Assembly: GCA_002778965.1 (NCBI GenBank)
Contig: PEXX01000050.1
Location: 1-32,463, forward strand
DNA length: 32,463 nt
Direction of reading: 5' to 3'
DNA from: Candidatus Kuenenbacteria bacterium CG08_land_8_20_14_0_20_37_23
Lineage (GTDB): Bacteria > Patescibacteriota > Patescibacteriia > UBA2196 > GWA2-42-15
Below the pieces are notes generated by a model. That model searched no databases and was not told where the DNA came from. It saw only the letters and a program-made list of their open reading frames with translations. Made by a program: the position numbers and the translations under genes. Position 1 is the first letter of the stretch; every line of letters starts with the position of its first letter. This document shows, in pieces, positions 27,311 to 32,463 of this stretch.

Positions 27311-28033
27311 ATGCGTATGAACAAACTCGTAATTGACATTGAAACAGTCGGAAAAAACATGGAGGACACTGACGATATTGCCAAGGACTATTTTCGCGAG
27401 TGGGCGGAGAGTTCGGCAAAGGAAGAAAAAGATATCGCAGTTGAGCTTGAAAAAATCGAGGAGGGTTTCAGTTTTTCGCCGTTGACAGCGGAAGTTGTGT
27501 GCATTGGAATGCTGAATCCTGTCACGAACAAGGGCAGGGTTTATTATCAGGAGCCCGGGAATGAAGGTAAAAAATTTAATGACAATGGCATTGAATTTGA
27601 AGCAATGGCAGAGCCGCGAATGCTTGAAAAATTTTGGGCGGATATTTTAAGCTATGTAGAGTTTATCACTTTCAATGGCCGCGGTTTTGATATTCCTTTT
27701 TTAATGATAAGATCAGCTGTCCATAAGATAAAACCAACGAAAAATTTAATGTCCAACCGCTATTTAAATAGCCAATTTAGCGGCTCAAGGCATATTGATC
27801 TGCAGGATCAATTTCAATTTTATGGCGCTGTTTGGGGCAAGCGCGGTTATAATCTGCATATGTTTTGCCAAGCTTTCGGCATTATCAGCCCAAAAAGAAA
27901 AGGAGTTTCCGGCAGCCACGTTAAGGAGATGTTTCAGGCTAAAAAATATGAGGACATTGCCCGCTATAATGTGGATGATTTATATGCCACAGCCGCGCTT
28001 TATAAATATTGGCAAGAATATATTGACGTTTAG
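27311..28033 (+). CDS. Stand-alone DEDDy 3'-5' exonuclease-like protein (PolB-exo/RNase H-like)
   Basis: DIET (ExoI), FNGRGFDIPFL (ExoII), HIDL, YNVDD (ExoIII). Confidence 0.85.
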   Translation: MRMNKLVIDIETVGKNMEDTDDIAKDYFREWAESSAKEEKDIAVELEKIEEGFSFSPLTAEVVCIGMLNPVTNKGRVYYQEPGNEGKKFNDNGIEFEAMAEPRMLEKFWADILSYVEFITFNGRGFDIPFLMIRSAVHKIKPTKNLMSNRYLNSQFSGSRHIDLQDQFQFYGAVWGKRGYNLHMFCQAFGIISPKRKGVSGSHVKEMFQAKKYEDIARYNVDDLYATAALYKYWQEYIDV

Positions 28034-28038
28034 TAAAA

Positions 28039-28073
28039 CAAAAATTCATACCAATAGAAGGTATGAGTTTTTG
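28039..28073. terminator. Intrinsic terminator
   Basis: CAAAAATTCATACC-aatagaa-GGTATGAGTTTTTG. Confidence 0.65.
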
Positions 28074-28111
28074 GATTTGAAAAAAACAACCGAAAATGAT
28101 ACTTTTAAAAC

Positions 28112-28765
28112 ATGAAAATATCAGCCATTGTGCCGGTCTATAATGAAGATCAACGCGAATTAAACATCTTGTTGCAAGAACTAGACGGTTTTGTCGATAG
28201 TGTCATAATTGTTGATGACGGCTCTATTCCGCGATTGGATTTTAAAAATTACACGCTTCTAAGACACGCAATCAATCGCGGACAGGGAGCAGCCCTGCAG
28301 ACAGGCACGGATTTTGCCATTGCTCACGGCGCCAATATTATTGTTCACTTTGACGCTGACTGTCAGCACAGGCCAGTGGATATTGTTGCTTTAATCAAGC
28401 CCATTCAAGATGGTCAAGCAGATTTTGTTTTTGGCTCCAGGTTTCTTGGCGAAAAAAATGACATGCCATGGAGCAAAAAATATTTTATCCATCCGCTTGC
28501 CAGGATTATCAACCTCATTTTTACGGGTCTGAAGCTTTCCGATGTTCATAATGGTCTGCGCGCTTTTAGTTCAAGTGTCGCGTCTCGCGTTCATCTATCC
28601 CAGGATAGAATGGCACATAATACCGAATATTCTTATTTGGTTAAAAAAAATAAAATTAAATATTCCGAAGTACCAGTTAGAGTAATTTACCATAGATACG
28701 GTCAGACCGCTATTGGGGGTTTTAAAATATTGAAAGAATTATTTTTAGGAAAATTATTAAAATAA
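28112..28765 (+). CDS. GT2 polyprenol-phosphate glycosyltransferase (DPM synthase-like)
   Basis: IVPVYNE, VDDGS, NRGQGAAL.TG, FDAD.QH, GSRF, SD.HNGLR. Confidence 0.88.
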   Translation: MKISAIVPVYNEDQRELNILLQELDGFVDSVIIVDDGSIPRLDFKNYTLLRHAINRGQGAALQTGTDFAIAHGANIIVHFDADCQHRPVDIVALIKPIQDGQADFVFGSRFLGEKNDMPWSKKYFIHPLARIINLIFTGLKLSDVHNGLRAFSSSVASRVHLSQDRMAHNTEYSYLVKKNKIKYSEVPVRVIYHRYGQTAIGGFKILKELFLGKLLK

Positions 28766-28769
28766 ACAT

Positions 28770-29108
28770 ATGTCTTTGATACAAATTCTCGCGCTTGTTT
28801 TTTGCCTTTTCGCCTTATGGCGCGTCATCCTGAAATTTCGTCGCCAAGAGCTCAAAATCACGGAATTTTTCATGTGGCTTATTTTTTGGCTGGCAGTCGG
28901 TGTGGCTTTTGTGACACCAGAGTCTTTGACCAGATTAGCTAACGTGCTTGGTATTGGCAGGGGCGCGGATCTTGTCCTGTATGTCGCGGTGGTGGTCGTC
29001 TTTTATCTTATGTTCCGTATTTTCGTGCGCCTAGAAAACATGGAAAGAAATATTACCAAAATCGTCAGAAAAGACGCGCTAAAGGATAAAGACAGCCAGA
29101 ACGAATGA
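28770..29108 (+). CDS. DUF2304 family small membrane protein
   Basis: Three TMs, LA..LGIGRGADLVLY, LE..ITKIVR..AL; typical position after a DPM-like GT2. Confidence 0.85.
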   Translation: MSLIQILALVFCLFALWRVILKFRRQELKITEFFMWLIFWLAVGVAFVTPESLTRLANVLGIGRGADLVLYVAVVVVFYLMFRIFVRLENMERNITKIVRKDALKDKDSQNE

Positions 29109-29343
29109 TACAAAAAACAACCCATTTTACACAATAACTTTTTAAAAAAAGATACAGTGAAAAATAAGGGTTGTTTTTTGGTTTGGTTTAATTTTTTTAA
29201 TTTTTTATTTAATTCAATAATAGACTTTTTGTTTTAGTTTGTATTCGATCCCGCCAGTACGGGACAAATACATTATCGTACAAAGTCTATGTGAAAACAA
29301 AAATTAAGTTGCTGATTTACGCAAACGCGTAAATCCTAATAGG

Positions 29344-29382
29344 AGTCAGACCATCGGGGAATTTTTCCCCGACGATCTGACT
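29344..29382. terminator. Hairpin downstream of the C25 gene, likely terminator
   Basis: AGTCAGA-cca-TCGGGGAA...TTCCCCGA-cga-TCTGACT; no clear U tract on the minus strand. Confidence 0.45.
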
Positions 29383-29402
29383 TACCCGTCAAAAAAGTCA
29401 TC

Positions 29403-32400
29403 TTAACGTAACAGCATCATCTTCATCGTTTTGCTGTAATCGCCAACTTCCAGACGGTAGAAGTAGACGCCACTTGTCAGGTCGCTAGCATCAAAAGTAA
29501 CTTTGTAGGTATTGGCAGTCTTGTGTTCATTAACCAAATCCGCTACTTTCTGACCAAGAACATTGTAAACACTGAGTTTTACTATGCCAGCTTTAGCAAT
29601 GGTGTAATTGATCAATGTTTCCGGATCGAATGGATTCGGATAGTTTTGGAATAATGAAAATTTGACCGGCACAGCAGTTTCAGCCGACGCCCAAACTTTA
29701 ATGCGGGCTGAAGCGCTCAATTTTTCATCAGCATTGATCCGGTAACTGTCCAGTTTCAATTCACTCACCTTTCCGTAGTTGCCAATGACCGAAAATAAAA
29801 TTTCCAAATATTCGCCGTGTTCTTTTAACGGTTTCAATGAAAAACCGGTAACTAATAATTTCCCAGATTCAACTTCATTCTGATAAACTTCAAAATTGCT
29901 GCCGTAATCGATTTTATTTATCCGGTCAAATTTCAATGCGCCTACATCAAAGGTCAGACAAATATCAAACGAATAAATCATCTGCTCTTTTTCAGCAACG
30001 ATTGGAATGCGGACAGTTTTTCCGGGCTGTGCCTCAGTATCTTTTAAATAGGAATATTTCATATTTGTCGAGGCAGCTTTGGCTAAATTTCCCGAATACG
30101 ACCAGTTGCCATCGACGTCACCCAGAATGACAGCATTAAAATCTTGATTCGATTCATCGCAACTCAATGCTGGATAAGATCGCTTATTCGGATTAAATTT
30201 CCAATCACCAATATAACAACTGGAACCGGGAGAAATTCCAACTGCATACTTGGCGATTAATGATGCGTCATACATCAGGACCGCCCCGTTTTTATCCACA
30301 TCCGCTGCAATTCTCTGTTCATCGCTGACATCCGGCAGCAGCCCCACAGCAATTCTTGCTGCCAAAGCAGCATCATATCCGAGGATACAGGGCTCGGTGA
30401 CAGGGGTGGTTTTCTCAGCCGAAAGAGTATAACTTGCTCCGTCTTGTAATGAATTGAAACTGAATGTGCCACTGGTTCCGGTTGTTTGCGATTGCGATGT
30501 ATCCCCGCTGATACTGACCACAGAATGGCTGAGCGGATTTCCCGAGCTAAAATAAGCGACATTGCCTGATAAAGTATGCGCAGCAACCGGATTTAATCCC
30601 GGTCTGTATAGCGACGGATCGCCGTACAAATTGAAATCAAACATATTTTGCCAGCCCACATAGCCCCAGGAACTGTACATAAAATGCGTTGAATAATAAA
30701 CTTTGGAATTAAACAGCGCATCGCCAACCTTATCGTCGCGATTAATTAAATAATAAAAGAAGTAATAGTCCAGAGAGGCGTTGCCCCCATGGTTTTGGTG
30801 GCACCAGCCAATGCTGTACCAAGATAACCGGCTCGAAGCCACAATTCCGGATGATCCGCGTTTAATCATTTCTTTGCCTAAGTTTGTGCTTTCAGGCCAA
30901 CCATTGTTACAGGAACAAGCAAAAATAACTGGTGAATAAGTATTACTCAATGATCCGCAATCGCCGGCAGAAATCATCGCATCAAAACTGAGTTCTCCAG
31001 CACTGGTCTCTGGTACGCCGTCTCCATCATCAGAACGCCACCATTTTCGGTAAGCTGAAGTTTTGCTGCCGTGCGCCCACCAGTTGATCGTGCCGTATTG
31101 TCCATCAGACCAGTCATTAACGACATTATTGTGAGTCAAGGATTTTGTGCAGGAATAGGCACTGGCATCCAAACCGGCTTTTTCATACATGGTTGTGTAA
31201 CTACCGCTGATGTTTTGAATCAAAACTTTATGAATCTCCATCAGAGTAGCGCCGTCGGTTTTGGCGTAACCGCGGTTATCTTCGTTAGTGTAATTGATCA
31301 TTGCCCCTAGTAACAAAGCATTTTTTTTCCACGATCCTCGGTTACTTTCAAAATTGATTAATTTGTTACATATCATGGAAACGGTGGAAGCATCGCTCCA
31401 GGGAATTCGTCCCACGATAACTTCCGGGACCCAATCAACATTGTCCTGACCATATTCACCGTAACGACTGTCTCCATCTGAATTCCAGTTGCCGGTTAAA
31501 TCAGCATAATAATAATCTGTTGGCGTATCTTCGCTGGTTGTGTCTGGTTTTGGACTGCACATGCGCATCGGAATATCTGAAACATCACCAATGATCAGCA
31601 CATACTCAATTCCGCACTCTGAATATTTATCAATTAAAAAATTCCTTATTTTTTGCGGCAGATCCGAGCCGCTGTAATTACTGTTAATCCAGGTCACTGT
31701 TACAACGTTTACCGAATAGCCAACGCTCTGCTTCCAATTCACGAATGACGTTACTGTATTTTGTAAAGCATCGGTGGTAATAATAACGTAATCATAGTAT
31801 GATGAACTGCTGTTAGGTTCAAAATACTTTTGATACCATTGTTTTGCTTCATCGTAATTATAAATCAAAATAGAAGCATTTCTGCCGGTCGGACTGTCTG
31901 CTAAATTTTGTTTTAAGGGAGAATATTTTTGTTTTGCAGCCGTTAAAGTATATTCAACTCTTATTGACGCGCTTTTAAAATAGACCAATTGTTGCGTAAC
32001 CGGATTGTAAGCAAAAGGTGTGAAATTTATGCGGACAAATTGGAATTGGCGATAGTTGCCCTCCCCGTCAAAAATTACAGCTTCCTGCGGATAAAAAGAA
32101 TCGGTAGAATAAGCAACTCTTTTATTCTCCCGAAAAATCCGCACTGCTTCATCGGACAGGACTGGATCGCCATCCATCGGGAGCATCATGGGAGCAGGCA
32201 CAATCCTATACTTACCATCAAGTAATTCTTTGTCCAAACTTACAATATTTATCGAATTGAATTCAGCGCCCGGCGGAACCGCTACCAAAAAAGTCTTGCT
32301 GGGGAGCATCGGTTTTCCCGGTGTCAGGGTGTTGCCAAAATTGTTCATTCGAATTTCCTGGGAGCTATCAGGCAGGTTGACTATTTCATAATTTTCGGCT

Positions 32401-32462
32401 GTCAAATCAACTGTCAATTGTTCAGCTTTTGCGTTGGAAGCCAATACGCATAACAAGACGAG
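29403..32462 (-). CDS. C25 (gingipain-family) cysteine peptidase with propeptide, dockerin-like and cohesin-like modules and T9SS-type C-terminal domain; start lies beyond the window
   Basis: Signal-peptide end (LVLLCVLASNAKA); propeptide GKPMLP; YVIIT, YVLIIGD, TDYYY, VGRIP; catalytic AHG and CSC; FNLYGDP; ADVDKNGAV...DA; QNYPNPF...YNVLGQ...SGVYFYRL...KMMLLR. Frame is open to the window end. Confidence 0.88.
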   Translation of the reverse strand, partial: LVLLCVLASNAKAEQLTVDLTAENYEIVNLPDSSQEIRMNNFGNTLTPGKPMLPSKTFLVAVPPGAEFNSINIVSLDKELLDGKYRIVPAPMMLPMDGDPVLSDEAVRIFRENKRVAYSTDSFYPQEAVIFDGEGNYRQFQFVRINFTPFAYNPVTQQLVYFKSASIRVEYTLTAAKQKYSPLKQNLADSPTGRNASILIYNYDEAKQWYQKYFEPNSSSSYYDYVIITTDALQNTVTSFVNWKQSVGYSVNVVTVTWINSNYSGSDLPQKIRNFLIDKYSECGIEYVLIIGDVSDIPMRMCSPKPDTTSEDTPTDYYYADLTGNWNSDGDSRYGEYGQDNVDWVPEVIVGRIPWSDASTVSMICNKLINFESNRGSWKKNALLLGAMINYTNEDNRGYAKTDGATLMEIHKVLIQNISGSYTTMYEKAGLDASAYSCTKSLTHNNVVNDWSDGQYGTINWWAHGSKTSAYRKWWRSDDGDGVPETSAGELSFDAMISAGDCGSLSNTYSPVIFACSCNNGWPESTNLGKEMIKRGSSGIVASSRLSWYSIGWCHQNHGGNASLDYYFFYYLINRDDKVGDALFNSKVYYSTHFMYSSWGYVGWQNMFDFNLYGDPSLYRPGLNPVAAHTLSGNVAYFSSGNPLSHSVVSISGDTSQSQTTGTSGTFSFNSLQDGASYTLSAEKTTPVTEPCILGYDAALAARIAVGLLPDVSDEQRIAADVDKNGAVLMYDASLIAKYAVGISPGSSCYIGDWKFNPNKRSYPALSCDESNQDFNAVILGDVDGNWSYSGNLAKAASTNMKYSYLKDTEAQPGKTVRIPIVAEKEQMIYSFDICLTFDVGALKFDRINKIDYGSNFEVYQNEVESGKLLVTGFSLKPLKEHGEYLEILFSVIGNYGKVSELKLDSYRINADEKLSASARIKVWASAETAVPVKFSLFQNYPNPFDPETLINYTIAKAGIVKLSVYNVLGQKVADLVNEHKTANTYKVTFDASDLTSGVYFYRLEVGDYSKTMKMMLLR

Positions 32463-32463
32463 T

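Noticed and set aside
1-32463. CRISPR array, tRNA/rRNA genes, transposase/integrase, alternative genetic code
   Set aside because: No repeat-spacer array, cloverleaf or recombinase ORF seen; TGA serves as stop (724, 25548, 29108) and conserved genes are uninterrupted in code 11

Overview
AT-rich bacterial chromosome segment (genetic code 11) that looks like Patescibacteria/CPR, Parcubacteria-like. That is inferred from the near absence of Shine-Dalgarno sites, the NLPY-type PrmC, DUF4012, the CPR-style membrane GT2 and a reduced-core RNase P RNA. It holds cell-envelope genes (FN3 membrane protein, DUF4012, ManC-like, MltG, priming sugar transferase, three GT2s, DUF2304, RodA, DUF3048, a secreted repeat protein), translation/replication housekeeping genes (fmt, def, priA, greA, rplY, prmC, prfA, rpmE, rpsB, tsf, pyrH, gap) and rnpB. 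The most unusual elements are: (i) a ~375-nt promoter- and terminator-bounded, heavily base-paired region with no credible ORF at ~3840-4214, a candidate undescribed ncRNA; (ii) a gingipain-like C25 protease with dockerin/cohesin-like modules and a T9SS-type C-terminal domain typical of FCB-group bacteria (host-derived gene or chimeric assembly); (iii) several in-frame 7-8-bp tandem-repeat and palindromic insertions in prmC and fmt; (iv) a 531-nt RNase P RNA with expanded periphery and reduced P15-P18 region; (v) a PriA lacking helicase motifs; (vi) a 120-nt intergenic hairpin element. No CRISPR array, tRNA, rRNA or transposase was seen. All calls come from reading motifs by eye; no database search or folding program was run.
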